Of a stretch of 64,000 bases of DNA, positions 12,588-27,689 are shown in pieces. Numbering within the stretch: the stretch's first letter is position 1; each line of letters begins with the position of its first letter. The notes below the pieces were generated by a model. That model had not been told where the DNA came from. It worked only from the letters and a program-made list of their open reading frames with translations, and did not search any database. The translations under genes and the position numbers were made by a program. Origin of the DNA: Camelus ferus (lineage: Eukaryota); assembly GCF_009834535.1 (NCBI RefSeq), contig NC_045697.1, positions 34,164,001 through 34,228,000 of the forward strand, read 5' to 3'.

Positions 12588-14759
12588 GTAAGGGTGAACC
12601 AGCGAACCCCTTTGACGGTTTCCCTGCCTTCCATTTCACTACTCACCCCTCTTTTCCTCTTTCTCTGTTTCTTCATTCTGTCTCCTTTCCCTCCCCCAAT
12701 AATTGTGTTCAGATTGGATGAGGTGCCTCAAAACTAGAGTTTAGGGCTTTTGTTGAACTTAAAAAGAGAGAGAGAGAGAAACTTACACCATTTCAGTAAC
12801 TTGACTCCAGGAGAGGAATTATTTTATCTATTCTGAGTGCTGGGGTTTGTGAAAAGATATATTTATGCACGCACAACCCTATATGATCTCATAGTGAAAT
12901 TGAACAGTTTAAAGCCATTTTGGCCTGTCTCAAAGGTATTAAAGAGGCTGAGGGTTAAAAATGTTAACCCAGTAAATAAACCACGGGTTAATTCCTTAGG
13001 AAGAAAAAGGTATTTTTGTTGGAGCTTGCTCAGAAATATCTTTCACCGGAGCGCTACCAAAAAAAAATAAAAAAAGTAAAAAGCCCGCGTGCTTCCTCGC
13101 AAACATTAACTTTGCAGAACTTAATTGTTGTTTAGGGCGCCCTTCAACTTACATTATAAACATAATGTTCTACTTTGCTATATATAGCAGAGACACATCT
13201 GTTGGTTAGTGAAACTCCAGTCGAGGATCGAGCTCCCTGTCCTTCAGAAATGATGTATTTTAACTGTTCTTAACCATGAGGGCATGTTAACTCAGGTGTT
13301 TAGAATGTTATCTAATTAACACCAGCGTTTCTTCTTGCTTCCTTTCACGTGAGTTCTTTCCAAGGAGAAAAACAATTCCATAGTTTGAGAGCAAGCCTCC
13401 GACTCTAATCAACCTTGAAAGATGAATCCGCAAAGGGTGGGGTTGGGGACGCCTTATCCATCAAAGTTCGTGTGTCAGAAACGTAACTCCAGGGGAGAGC
13501 ATTGTTTTTAAATTAGGCAAGGTCACATTTCTGTGAAGAATACCATCATTAAAAAAAATCTGATGGCTTGTTTAGAGCCAATATATAGCACATGCTTATT
13601 GTAACAGGGTAAACTCATTCAGTGCCCAGGTGTAAGCCTCCACTCCAATTTACCTCAGAAAGGAGTGTCTGCTCCTTCTGGACTCTTCTATTCCCCATTA
13701 CAAATACATGTTATTTACACTGAGATAGTTTGTTTTTATTACAAGGGGATCATACTGTATATGTTTTTTAAAAAAAAATCCAACATTCAAAAAAGTTTTA
13801 GAGAGTTTTAAAAAATAACATTGTAACTGCTAACTTAACATTTGTTAAATTATATGAAAAAGATGGAGAATCTAAGCGGTCTAAAACAGGATGTCAGGAA
13901 TGTTTGACCTTTGCATAGCAAGAACTGAATACTTATTCAATATAGTTACTTAGTGACTAAATAGAATTGGAATAGGATGTCGTTTACTTTGGTGCCAGTA
14001 AAATGAAGGAAATGCTCAGAATTTGATTATAATTTATAATAGAACAGAGGTGACTCATCTGTTAGATAAATGGACTTCTTAGAATTAATTTTTAAAATTA
14101 AGAGGTAAAAAATGTCCACACATTCAAGCCTTCATTACAGGTCTTATTGTCTGATCTAGTTGAAAGTCTTTTTAATGAAGGAAAATCAAAGAAAATGCTA
14201 CAAACAAGATCGCTTGGGGATTTTCAAAACCCATAGCATTAGTGAAGATACATTTAATAGCTTGTCAGTGCTTGAAAAAAGGAGACTCTGTTTATCACCT
14301 TTAAAACAATTACACATGTGCTGGATGCTCTCCGCTCTCCTACACAGTACTTACAGCAGCTGAGCAGCCTTCCTTATCAAATAGAAGAGGTTTGTTCTTA
14401 AGACATTATTCCCTTCCTATTGTGAAAGAATTTCAATGTAAAAGGGAACCAGAGGGATAGAATGGAAAGTCTCTAAGGCACGTTCTTTCAGAAAAGCAAA
14501 ATGTAGAGACCGAAAGACTGATTTCCCGTAAATGCTAAATTGACAGAAGACTGATAAATTGGAATTTTCTTACATAATAGGGAGTTGATCAGAGGTTGCC
14601 TCGTATCAGTCTTGGAAAGGTTTTGCTTGTGGTTTCCAGAGGAATGAACAAGAAATGAAGAAATGACCCAGGTCGAATTGGTCTCAAAAAATGGAGTGAA
14701 TTGAGCTTTGTTGGTATGGCTATACTGGTTTCATCTGCTCAGGGAATTTTCAAAGCAGG

Positions 14760-14968
14760 TCTCCGTTTATTTTTACTTTAACAGACTCTCCGTGAACTCT
14801 CCCCTCTTTACATGTCCTGCCCATAAATACAGCCTATTCCCAACCCTCAGTGGCCTCATCTGTAGCTCGCTATAGTTTGTGTGTCCTGAATTGCAGTTCC
14901 TCTGCTATTCCCCAATAACCTCATCTCTTTGAACTTGCCTCAATTTACCTCTTTATTTAGATAGACAT
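14760..14968 (+). mobile_element. Probable ERV1-class LTR 3' part in intron 1
   Basis: TATA-like cataaata, then gaattgcagttcctctgctattccccaataacctc, ending tttatttagatagaca; resembles MER4-group LTR ends from recall. Confidence 0.45.
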
Positions 14969-17111
14969 TACTATCGTGGCTGGATTTATTTCAGTTCAGA
15001 AATCATCTTAGTCATAGAAATGGTACTTTTCACAAAACCAGTACCACTTACAGTAAGAAGTAATAATGGTACTAGTTTCATAAGAGTGTGGCTCTAATGG
15101 AATCTTTTTTTATGCTGCTCACTAAAGGGTATATTCATACAATTATTGGAGGTAGTACTATGGGAATGTGTATTAAAACCTGTAAATGTTTGTAGACTTT
15201 GACTCAGTAATCTTAGGTCTAGAAATATAGCCTAAGGAAATCATCCAGATTCCACATGAAGATTTATAAATATGCTCTTTACAAGGTTGTCTGCAATATG
15301 GAAAAACATTAGAAATAAACTAAAGCCCCCAATAGCAAAATATTTAAGCATAGTAATGTATTATATATCTATATTGATAAAATTCAGTTTCTAAAATATT
15401 TTTGAAAAATGTCCTTGTTTAGAAAGTCCTTGCAATGTATTGAGTGAAAAAAGCAAGATTTAATATATTATTTTGAAAGTATGAAATACAATTTTGAAGT
15501 GAATACATATATCACTCAATAAATATTAAGTTCTTACTATTTATCAGAAATTGTTCTAAATTAACATTTAACAAGACTGTTTCAGTTCCCACTTGTATAC
15601 AAGTTCCTGTTTGTATCAGTGGATATATCCACTGATGTAGCATGTACAAAAAAAATTAGATTGTAAGGTTGTAGTTACAGCTTTTTGTTTTTTTAATATT
15701 TTCCCTGATATTTCCAAATCTTCTACAGCAACTATTATTTTTATAATCACAAAAATGTTATTTTGAAAAATATCACCAAGAAATACCATAACTAAAATTA
15801 AAAGACAAACTCTAAGCTCTAAACTTTATATGCTAGTATACCCTTTTCTAATGATATTATAAAAAGCAGTGAGAGATTAACACTCCTATAAAAAATGATC
15901 TCCAATGAAAAATAGACATAAATGGGCAATTCACAAAGAAATGACTTTTCTAAGGTTTAGGGGAGAGGTACGTTAACCTAATAATCAGAGAATACTTAGC
16001 ATAGCAGTAAGTTACTGTATTTTTACACATCACTGTAACAAACATGGAAAGCAAATCAAAATGTGTGAGGTGGTTGGGAAGACTAATGATATGGAAAAAA
16101 ATTAAAAAATGAAAAAAAAGTAAGTTACAAAATGATATCATACATTTGAAAAAAATCTGATCTATGCATAGAAACTACTTTATTCACAGAGAATAAGCCA
16201 AATGTTAATAGTACTTACATTTGGCTGATGGGATTATAGAGAATTTCTGTTTTTCTCATGGTGTTAATCTGAAGTTTCTAAAATTTCTACAGTGAATATA
16301 TTTTAGTTATCAGGGGGAAAAAGTCATATCTTAATAAGGCAATTTGTCCTAGAAAGAAGAGCACGTAGACAGTATTATCTTCCCTTTTACACAGCCTCCA
16401 GGCTCACTGTGTGTAATTCCATGTCATGTGTCATTGTTTCTGAATTATATTTGCTGGTGAGAACATTTGGATTATAAGGGAAATCAAAAGATAAAACTTA
16501 CTCTAGTCACATTCTCACATTCACTCTTCTGCCCCCAGCTATTTTCTGAAATAACAAACCCTGTTGGTCTGATTTGAACTTTATTCCTTTCCATTTCCTG
16601 TTGATGACATCTGCAAGGGTCTCCTGCTGATAACTCTTAATTAGATACTCCTTAATTTATTTTGCTAAAATCTTCTTATTCCATTTAAGGCCATCCAGAA
16701 TGAAGAATATGAATACAACTACACTTCTGTTAGGAAAACAATCTTACAAAATTCCAACACTTTATGTAGGATAAATAATTTTAAAATCTTAGTATCTTGA
16801 TTATGAGAAGGAAGGTGAAAATCAGTTTTAAAATATCCAAAACAGTTGTGAAGTCTTTTTCTTCAATTTATAGTACTTATAGTTATTTAGCCCTATGTTT
16901 AAACATTCTCATTTCCCTTATTATAATAATATATAATACATAGAAGGTTCTAGTTTAAAATCTTAATTATCCTTTCTTCTTCACTAGTCTTTCATAGGCA
17001 AATATTCTCAGATGTTTTCATTATTACAAAGATTCTCTCTACCTATCAGTGATGTCCTTCAGCCAAAAATTTACATTTCTACCTTGCCAGGTTAGAAAAA
17101 TGCCTAAATCA

Positions 17112-19759
17112 TTTTTTAAATACATTTTATTGAAGTATAGTTGATTTACTCATGTTAGTTTCAGGTGTACAACATAGTGATTCAATATTGTTATACATTA
17201 TGCACCATACAAAGTTATTACAATATTATTGACTATATTCCCTGTGATGTATATTATATCCCTGTGACTTATTTTATAACTGGTAGTTTGCACCTCTTAA
17301 TCCCCTTCACCTGTTTCATCCATTCCCCCATCCCCTCTGGCAACCACTAGTTCTCTGTGAGTCTGTTTCTGCTTTGTCATATTTGTTTGTTGGTTTATTA
17401 GATTCTGCATATAGTGAAAACATAGAGTATTTGTCTTTGACTTATTTTACTAAGCATAATACAGTTTAGGCCCATCCTTGTCACAAATGGCCAGATTTTT
17501 TTAATGACTGAGTAATATTCCATTGTATATCTATACCACATCTTTTTTATCCATTCATCTATTGAGGAACACTTAGGTTGCTTCTAATCTTGGCTATTGT
17601 AAATAATGTTTCAGTGAACATCAGGGTCCATATATCTTTTCAAATTAGTGTTTTACTTTTTCTTTTTTGGATAAATACCTGGAAGTGGAATTGCTGAATC
17701 ATATGGTAGTTCTGTTTTTAATTTTTGAGAAAACTCCATACTGCTTTCCATAGTGGCAGTGCCAGTTTACCTTCCAGTCAGCAGTGCACAAGTGTTCCCT
17801 TTTCTGTACATCCTCACCAAATTGTTACTCCTTTTTGATGATAGCCATTCTGACAGGTGTGAGGTAACATCTCACTGTGGTTTTGATTTGCATTTCTCTG
17901 ATTAGTGATGTTCAGCATTTTTCATGTGCCATCTGTATGTTTTCTTTGAAAAATGCCTATTCAAGTTCTCTGCCCATTTTTTGATCAGATTGGGTTGTTT
18001 TTTTTTTTTTTGCTATTGAGTTAGTATGAGTTCTTTATATATTTGGATATTAACCCATTATCGGACATAACATTTGCGTATATCTACTCCCAGTCAGTAG
18101 GTTGCCTTTTCGTTTTGCTCATGATTTCCTTCACTGTGCAATAGCATTTTCATTTGATGTGGTCCCATTTTTTATTTTTGCTTTTTGTTGCCCTTATCTG
18201 AGGAGACAGATCCAAAAAAAGTATCGCTAAGACTGATGTCAAAGAGTGTACTGCCTACGTTTTGTTCTAGGAATTTTTGGTTTTAGGTCTTACATTCAAG
18301 TCTTTCATTCATTCTTCAAGATTTGTTTTGTATATGATGTGAAAAAAAATGGTCTATTTTCATTCTTTCGCATGTAGCTGTCCAGTTTTCCTAAAACTTA
18401 TTGAAGAATCTTTTTCCCCATTGTGCATTCATACTCTTTTGTCATAGATTAGTTGAGCATGTATATATGGATTTATTTCTAGGACCTCTATTCTGTTCCA
18501 TTGGTCATTTGTCTGTTTCTGTACCAGTACCATACTGTTTTGATTACTATATCTTGTAGTATAGTTTGATGTCAGGAAGCATATCTCTAGCTTTGTTCTT
18601 CTTTTTCAAAATTGCTTTGGCTAGTCAGGGTCTTTTTGTGACTTCAATGAATTTTAAGATTGTTTTAGTTCTGTGAAAAATGCCGTGGATATATTGATAG
18701 AGATTGCACTGAATATGTAGATTGCTTTGGGTAGTATGGGCATTTTAACAATATTGATTCTTCTGATATGTGAGCACAGTATATCTTTCCATTTATTTGT
18801 GTCAACTTCAGTTTCTTTTGTCAAAGTCTTATGGTTTTCAGAGTACTGAAACTTTCACCTCCTTGGTTAAATTTATTTCTAGGTATTTTATTCTTTTTGG
18901 TGTGATTGTAAATGTGATTGATAGTTCATTATTACTATATAGAAATGCAATGGATTTCTGTACATTAATTTTGTATCCTGTAACTTTACTGAATTCATTT
19001 ATTCTAATAGGTTTTTTTTTTGGTGGAGTTATTAGAGTTTTCTGTATATACTATCATGTCATCTGCAATTAGTGACAATTGTACTTCTTTTTTTCTAATT
19101 TGGGTATCTTTTACTTCTTTTTTTCTGATTTCTGAACCTAAGACTTCTAGTACTATGTTGAATAAAAGTGGAAGAGTAGGCATACTTGTGCCTTACTGTA
19201 GAGTAAAAGCTCACAGCTTTTTACTGTTGAGTATGATGTTAGCTGTGAGTTTGTCATAAATGGCTTCTATTATGCTGAGGGATGTTCCCTATATACTCAC
19301 TTTGTTGAGAGTTTTTATCTTGAATAGATGTTAAATTTTGAATTTTGTCAAATGCTTCTCCTGCATCTATTGAAATGATCATGTGATTTTTGTCTTTCAT
19401 TTTGTTAATGTGGTATATCACATTGATTTGTAAATATTGAACCATCCTTGCATCCTGGGGTAAATCTCACTTAATTATGATGTATCAGCCTGTCAATGTA
19501 TTATTGGATTCAGTTTGCTAATATTTGTTGAGGATTTTTGCATCTATGTTCACCAGGGATATTGGCTTATAATTATCTTTTTTCGAGTGCTTTTTTCTGG
19601 TTTTGGTATGAGATTAATACTGGCTTCACAGAATAAATTTGGAAATATTCCCTCCTCTTCAGTTTTTGGAATTGTTTGAGATGGTAGGAATTAACTTTTT
19701 AAAATATGTGGTAGAACTCCCCAGTGAAGCCATCTATCCTGCACTTTTGTTTATTGGGA

Positions 19760-19798
<39 letters not shown>

Positions 19799-20460
19799 AT
19801 CACTGGGTTAATTTTATTACCAGTAATTGGTCTGTTCAGATTTTCTATTTCTACCTGATTCAATCTTGGAAGGCTGTGTATTTCTAGGAATTTATCCATT
19901 TCTTCTAGGTTATTCAATTTGTTGATGTCTAATTGTTCACACTTTTATGGTTGGTTGTGTTTCTGTGATATCAGTTGTAACTTCTCATTCATTTTTAATT
20001 TTATTTATTTGGGCCTCTGCTTTATTTATTTTTTTTGATGAGTCTGGCTGAAAGTTTATCCATTTTATCTTTTCAAAAAACCAGCTCTTAGTTTCATTAA
20101 CTTTTGTGTGGTTTTTTAGTCTCTATTTCATTTCTTTCCACTTTGCTCTTTATTATTTCCTCTTCCTACTAACTTTGGATTTAGCTTATTCTTCTTTCTT
20201 TTAGGTGTATAAAGTTAGGTTGTTTACTTAAGATTTTTCTTGTTTCTTGAGGTAGGTCTTTATTGCTGTGAACTCATCTCGTAGAACTGCTTTTGCTGTG
20301 TCCATGGATTTTGGAGTTGTTTTTCTGCTTTTATTTATCCATGATTTTTAAAATTTCCTCTTTGATTTCTTCATTGACCCATTGGCTTTTTATAGTAGCA
20401 TGTTGTTTAATTTCCACATGTTTGTTTTTTTGTCTAATTTTTTTCCTATAACTGATTTTT
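17112..20460 (-). mobile_element. ~3.3 kb degenerate L1 (3' UTR plus ORF2 remnant), antisense in intron 1
   Basis: Minus-strand ORFs 19699-19917 (NLEEMDKFLE..LPRLNQ.EIENLNRPIT...DGFTGEFY) and 19254-19445 ([29 protein letters not shown]) are L1 ORF2 peptides; L1 3' end at 17112. Confidence 0.93.
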
Positions 20461-23400
20461 GTATGTGTTTCATAAGGGAAAAAGAAGGGGGTGTTTTTTT
20501 CCTATCTTTTGATCTTGGGTGTATTTTTGGAAGATGATTAAAGGAAGCAAATATGAATCCTCATGACTCTTAGTAGAGAATTTGTGCCTAGGGAATCATT
20601 TTCCCTGAGTGTAGAGGTGGGAAACAATACCATTTCCTACTGTGAGCATTAAAATTGTTATCAACTAATTCCATATAAAGTTAGAGTTCCAGTATAGAAG
20701 TGTTTCCATAGTGCATCTGTTTACAACATAAGCTATATTCTTTTAATGTACTTTGGATTTAATCAGGGCCGAGTAAGCCTCTCATTAATCGCTGGAAATT
20801 TTGTTTGTCGGCTTTCTTGATCCTTCCTGGCCTGTGTGATGTTGAACACAGTCATTTCAGAATATTGTAGGTTGGTCACGTTGCGAAGATGCTAGGAATC
20901 AACAGAAGAATCTTGAAATAGGTTCTTAAGTAGGAATTGAGAATCTTCTGATCTGCAAGTGTTTTCTTCCCCACTGACTTTAATTTCTAATATAAAGAGC
21001 AATGAAGGTGATATTTGTAAAGCATAACACTTATTTTTGAGATTACTTTGATATCTAGATATGTATATGCTCTACTTAACTGTAACAATTATCTGAACTT
21101 TCTGTTGCAGAATAACATTTAAATTCTGTTTCAAACCTAATTTTCATAAAGAAGACAATCTCCTAAAACCATCCATCCATTTAAGTAAGCTGTCTCTTAA
21201 AATTTAACCAGCCGTATCTATGAGGTATTTTTATTAATTGACTTTTGTCCAAAAGAGACCTGAATGCTTTACTTGGTTTTGCAACATTTTAAATTACATT
21301 CAGGATTTCTTGGCAGCGACACATATATATTGCATGATATTTATGATGAAGTTTATATACTCAATTATGTCTTTCTTGTTTTCTCTGATATAGTATTGAG
21401 TATTTTTCTTATTTCATACACATGCTGCTTGTGGGCTTGGATGCGAATATTCTTTTTCAGCTTTGAGGCATCATTGCTTATTTTGCATTCTATTAGGCTG
21501 TTCTTAAAAAGCAAAAACTTAAAGGATTGCATCTTTTCCCTGCATCTTAAATGTAGAAGCTATACATTAGCTTCTGTATATGCTTTTCTCCACTATAAGC
21601 ATAGGCTTCATGAAGTTGGATGGATTTTGTGTGGTTTGAGTTTTGGAATAGTTCTTGATTGAAATAAAGGTCTGTCTTCTAATTATAAAGTAAGTATATA
21701 AGTTCATGGTGAAAAGTAAGGGCAGTTACAAATGATACTTTAAAATCATCTACTAATATACTACTTCAAAGTAACCAGTGTTAAAAATTTTTTAAATGTT
21801 TTTAAAATGTTAGAATTATATATAGTTGAAATGATACATATACACAGGTCTAAATCATGGTTTAAAATCATATAAACTTTAAGGATTTTCTTGCTTATAA
21901 AATTTATTTAAACATCCTATTCACTAGCTGTATTATATTTCCATTTAGATATACCACAATTTAAAAGTTTCCCTTTTTCTGAGCAATTTGGGTTAGTGCT
22001 CCTTCCAGTGCTGAACTGATCATCTTTCAACTGAACTTCTTTAAGGTATATTACCTGTTGGCTCCAGAAAATTAAAAGCAGGCCAGACTCTCCCCAGTAC
22101 TATGAGAAAGCTTGCCTTTGTTGAATGCTATGAATAAAGAAACTCTGCTGCATTCGAGGCGAAAAAAAAAAAAAAAAAGCAAACAAAAACAACAACAAAA
22201 AAAACCTAGCTCTTCTTTAATTGCTATTCTTAGGTTACTAGTGAAGTTGAAAATATATATTTTTTCTACTTATTTACAGTGTGTCATTTTCTGTGTTTGT
22301 TTCGTGCTCTTTTCCCAAGTTTGCTCTGTTGCAAATATTTAAAACCCCAAATGAATAATTTCTAATACTGCTTTTATACAGTATTAATGTAAAAAGTAGG
22401 CCATTGTGAGTGATAATAGGACTCCTTAGGGTGAAACTGAAACAAAAGAGCAGATCCTATACATTAGCTGTGAAAATTTTCAGATAGATAACAAATCTGA
22501 ATAAATCTTAGTTCTTTTAAGGTCTGAGCATACTATCATATACAATTTTAACAGGCATAAAATCTTGTGTTCAAATTGAGTTAAATAATTTATGACACAT
22601 TTGTAAATGACATAGTTTAGAAATTAACAGAACTAAGAGCTAAAGTTTGCTTTCTTTCATACAAGTGAGTAAACATACCACACTAGGAAATTTGTGTTCT
22701 TCTGTTAGTTTAAAAAGACACTCATGCTAGATTTCAAAAAGAGCACTTACCTGGGGTCTAGCTCCATTTCAGAACTGACTTGTTTATCTGTTGGTGAGTT
22801 TTTTAATGCTCTTAGTATTTTCTGCTCTGAGACCTGGCCATAAACATGTCACAGTTTTTCTCATGAGGATTAATCTCTTCAGTATTTCAGATAATGAGGG
22901 AATCTCATGAACTTCATGCCTGATCCCTCTCCTGAACTGTGTGCTCCTTGAGAACAAGAACCATGGAGTTTTCATAGGACTTTTCATCATTTTGGTTGCA
23001 GTGCCTGGAACAGTATTTGGCTTACATATGGTAGCCTTTTAGTACCTATTTCTTAAACAGATAGGAGGAAAAGAGATCTCTGAGCAGTGAAAATCAGTTT
23101 CACTAAGTAAGTCTTAAGTTTCTGTATTCTGCTCCCTGAAGACCATTGAGGTTGTTAGTTCAACATATTTGTTTATTCTAAGGTATTTGGAAGTAGGAGT
23201 TAAATCTTTTTTTATTGAAAGTTAAATTTTGATAAAGGCAGATATTTGGGCAGCTAAGAGAGATACAAACCTGTGAAATCAGATGTGAGCATTCAAAACA
23301 AGGAGGTCTTCAACTGCTGGATGAAAACCTATGGATATACGTCTGAAGACCCTGAGGGCATCACTATATGAGAGCACTTTGCAGTAATTGGTGCTTTGAG

Positions 23401-23814
23401 CTGTGGTGCTGAATTCTCAGAGAATTTATTTAAAATGCTGTATAAAATGCAGGAAAATTGAGAGTGCATTCGTAATGATTTCTTGTCACGATGAAATTGT
23501 TTTGATACTTGAGGGATAAACCTTAAGCCTTCTGAAAAAAATAGAACTTCCTTCATGAGCGTTTTAGAACAAAGAAATTCAAGTACCTTGATATTTTTTT
23601 AAAAAGTTTTATTTCCTTCCTTTTGCAGTCTTGTCAGTGGCTATTTTGGGGTTACATGCTGTAGATCTTAATATGAACTATAAGACCTTGAAGATGCATG
23701 ATAAAAGCTGTAATGAGATATGAAATAACTAAGTTTATATCACATCTAGAATTGGTGTGTATGTGGTGGTTGAAGGTATTCTGGTCTTTACTGCATGTAA
23801 GGGAGGTGTTATTT

Positions 23815-24530
23815 TATTCATTCATCTGTATGTGCATTCCACAAATTGATAGTGGAAGTCTACTCTGTGTCTGTTAGTGCTCTAAGCCTAGGTTACATCC
23901 ATGGACAAAAAAGAAATTCCTACTCTGCTGAAAGGGGAGACAACAGTAGCTCAAATACAAAAACAGTTATATATTGATAGAAAATGACTTAAGAATTCTA
24001 TGAAAAATGGAAGGAGAATAGAGATTGCGAGGCAAGTCTGTGTAGAGGGTAGAGTAAAAGGGGAGAAGCAATAGGTTGGAGAGGACATTGGGAGGCAGAT
24101 ACGTATGGCACTGGTGGCTGTTATTATAATTAAGATGGGAGCCTTTAGAGACTTTTAAATTGTGGAAATGTCAGGTTTTAACTTGTGTTAACACGACAGG
24201 TAATAGTGTTGGACTAGGTGATAGTGGTGGAGGGGACTGCTGAGTGGTGAGAATCCAGATGTATTTTAAAGGTAGAGCCAACAGAGTTTGCTGACTGACT
24301 GTATGTGGGTCGTGAGGAAAAGACAGGACCCAGGATAACTCAAGGCCTTTCAGGCTGAGGATCTAGAAGGATCAACTTGCAGTCAAGTAACTGACAGGGC
24401 TAATCTGTAGGGTGATCAGGTTTTGGGGAGAAATATCTGGAGCTCAGTTTTGCATGTGACACCATCTGGAGATGAGCCCAAATGGAGTTGAGCTGCCCAG
24501 GTCCGTGCTGGAGGGTGGTTACGTGGGGGT
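23815..24530. mobile_element. Degenerate L2 fragments
   Basis: ttcattcat tail; gatgtattttaaaggtagagccaacag; ggagctcagttttgcatgtg motifs. Confidence 0.6.
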
Positions 24531-25389
24531 AGTCTAGAAGCTCTCTTCTGATGGCTTTGGTTTTCTCAGTAAAATAGAAACACAGTCATCAGCAGGAAGG
24601 AAGTTGAGAGGGAGGTATGGAGAATTGAGAAGAGAGCCTGAAACAGTTGTCTGTCAAAGTGGGAAAGTGAAGAGACAGAAATGCTGTTGCAATTGGCGTG
24701 TATGGCCAACTCGTGGTTCATGGTCAAGAATTTAAGGTAATCTTAATCAGGGACATTATGTATTTCTCTCAACCACTTTCAACTTGTAGGTACTGGAACA
24801 GGATATATGGAGATTTACTATAAAGGCTCTGAATGTAACTAGGTTCAGGGTTTTGCAAAGACAGAAGTGAAAGAGGAGCTAAGAAGTTGAGAGGATATAC
24901 AAGGAACTGATAGCTGTGTTGACCACAAAATTCAGACTGTGTAAGCAGGGAAGTGAGACCAGGCAGGAATCAGAGGCAGGGAGAACATGGTGGTGGGTCA
25001 GTTGCTTATAGGTCCCTGTGGGATCAGAGGTTATTGAAATCAGGGTGAAAATGAATCATTTATTTTTATTATTTTTATGTAGTGTATCATGTTTCAAATG
25101 TATGGAAAGAGCTTCCTATCGAATGCATCTAATGAATTTGTTAAACTTAACTTAACACAAATATTTGAATTTATTTGTTAACTTCAGTCTTTCTAATGAA
25201 GCATACCTTTGGTATTTTTTCCTTCTCAATGACTTAAGTTCTTTTTTCCTTACACTTGTCCTTTTCTTTCTCCCAACCCTCACTTGCTTTGGGAGGCTGC
25301 CGGATGCTGTGTGCTTCCTGCCAACCTGTTGCTCAAGAGTTTGTCTGCCCAGTATCAGAGCCTTCTAATAACTGCAGAGGCTGTTACTC

Positions 25390-25560
25390 CATCTGAGATA
25401 TTTGGGTTAGACTTGGGCAGCCACTTAACCAAGCTGTGTCACTTGGGTGAGTTTCTCACTCTGAGCCTCAATTTCCTCGTATTTAAGTGGGGATAATAAT
25501 ATGTACTTTGTTCTAAGGACTAAAGTTAATATATATTTATCTGTAGCACAGAACTTGACA
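25390..25560. mobile_element. MIR SINE
   Basis: MIR core agctgtgtcacttgggtgagtttctcactctgagcctcaatttcctc...ggggataataat. Confidence 0.75.
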
Positions 25561-26005
25561 TGTCTTTATGAATTATAGATATTGTTAAGACCTTAGGTTT
25601 ATTGAATTGATAATGTTTTATTAGAGTTGAAGAATCAAATCTCAAAAGCATACAATTCTGTTGTTTCAGTAACACATTGTTCTAGGAGCATCTAGGATTA
25701 TCAGTGTCAAAATATGGTGTTAATGTTTGCTGCCATTGACATTTTAATATGTGTTTATGTTTTTTCAGCTTATTAAAGAATAAACTGAGACACATTGGGA
25801 ACTCACTATGAGTATAGTGAGATTTTTTTCCCAGTAACAGAGATACATGCATGTAATTATAGCATTTTCCCTGTCTTTTTGCTGGCTTCATTCAGTTTTG
25901 AGCTAAAGCATCAGCCAGAGGTAACTCGTTTAGATGTGTGGTCCCTTCAAGAAAGATGAGGTTTGTTGAAGAGAGATAATGAAAATTTCAGTGACTGAGT
26001 GGGAG

Positions 26006-26027
26006 GTGTGTGTGTGTGTGTGTGTGT
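26006..26027. repeat. (GT)n microsatellite
   Basis: Seen directly. Confidence 0.9.
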
Positions 26028-27689
26028 TTAGGCTTTATTCTCACACAAGAGAATGGAGGAAGCTTTTTATGTTTAATATAAGCTTGGTAACACTAAGAAT
26101 GGGTCACTTTTTCCAGTGTAAGACAAGGCATGTATATACCATTATATTTTATACCTCTGTCTTTCAAAATAAACATACTGTCTTTGAAAATTCTAATTTG
26201 ACTCTTCATCAGCAATGATGTAAGCCTGCCACTCTTCGCTGGGGAGGATCCCTTCCCTCAGCCTGAGTTAGAGACTACTTCTGTCGTATGAAACAGTATA
26301 TTGTATTTCTGTCTGCTCAGTAAGAGTGTCTATTTTTCAGGTCGTGGTTGTTGAATGAATTGGGATTGAGTGAGCTTGCTTTCAGCACTCTTTTCCAGAA
26401 AAGGGCTATGTGCTGGGTGGAGCTGACCTTTCCCCATTCAGCATTCCTAAAAATGACAAAACTGTCACAAAGATTTCTTTGTTAGTAGTCAAGGATGCTA
26501 TGACTTTGTTTCTTATCTACCTGTATAGCACTTCCTTTCATAATAATAATCACCAATTATCAAAAGTAATTACTTTAGATCGATGTTTTTGGTGACGTAG
26601 TACCCTTGCCTGGCCTTTTGTTTTTACCTAAAATATAGACTGTATGCTTCTACTGAAGATTTAGTTCAAGAAGTTCAGTTAACAGAAAATGTTAAACAGC
26701 ATGTAGAACTCCCAAGATGACTTTATTTGGCAAATCTGATTCCTCCCACCTAATGAATAGCCCTGAGGATTATATGACTTTATTATTCAAGAGCCACACT
26801 TTTTCCACTAAATAAATTGACCCTTGTCATCACCAAAACGCATATCAGATACATCTACAACTGTCCATATTTATCTTCTTTTCCAAAGATGATTCAGGGT
26901 GAGGGAAAATACTTCCTCCTTTTATAGATAGGACTATAGTTACGAAGAGAGCCATGCCGACGTGTCACCCTGACACCTGATGCAACAGAGAAAGCAGCAA
27001 AGATGTCAGATGATCTCGCTACCATCATTATTACCCTCAGATAAGGAGTTGACGTAATAAGCCTCTTAGAGAGTTGGACGAGTCAGAGATGGTCCAGATT
27101 GGAGCAAGCCCAAGATTATCAGGGCTCACTGTGCTTCAGGCTGGGTTATCTGTGGTTGATACACAGCACAAGGAGGCGCGTAACATCCTGAGTCTATGGC
27201 AAAACAGTTCTATCTTATTCTCAGAAGCCCACCGCTATAACATTTCCCTATACTTTTTATTGACCCTGGTAGATAGTAACTTCTCTTTCTTCCAACGATT
27301 GGAGCATATAAGAACTGTGATACTGTGTTGGTACTTTTTCATCATGGTTGAGAAGAAGCTTCTAAATCTGTCAAGGCCAGGACCCATTGTTCTCCCTCGC
27401 TGAGCTTTTGGAAGTGTTGGTTGAAATGGATTGTAACTCTATTCGACCTACAGAAGGAGTCAATCCTGAAGCCCTCGTCACCAGCCTTTGGGGATTTTTG
27501 TGTAAACTAGACCTTCACTATTATTGCAGCCTTCGATGAGAGGGCCTGCTTGTATCAGCTGTCAAGTCATTGGTACATCGCCTTGGTCTATACTCTGAAA
27601 GGAGATGGGCTTCCCCAAACCATGAGGGATCTGTAATAAACTGATCACTCTCACTTTCAACTTGACAGTTTGAAATAAAGTTGCTTAGA

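Noticed and set aside
15035..15078. Imperfect hairpin aaaccagtacca...tggtactagttt as a miRNA precursor
   Set aside because: The stem is only about 12 bp in AT-rich sequence, too short for a pre-miRNA.
19254..19917. Reverse-transcriptase-related ORFs as an active element
   Set aside because: Fragmented L1 ORF2 with frameshifts and a 30-nt poly-T expansion (19768-19797); a dead copy.
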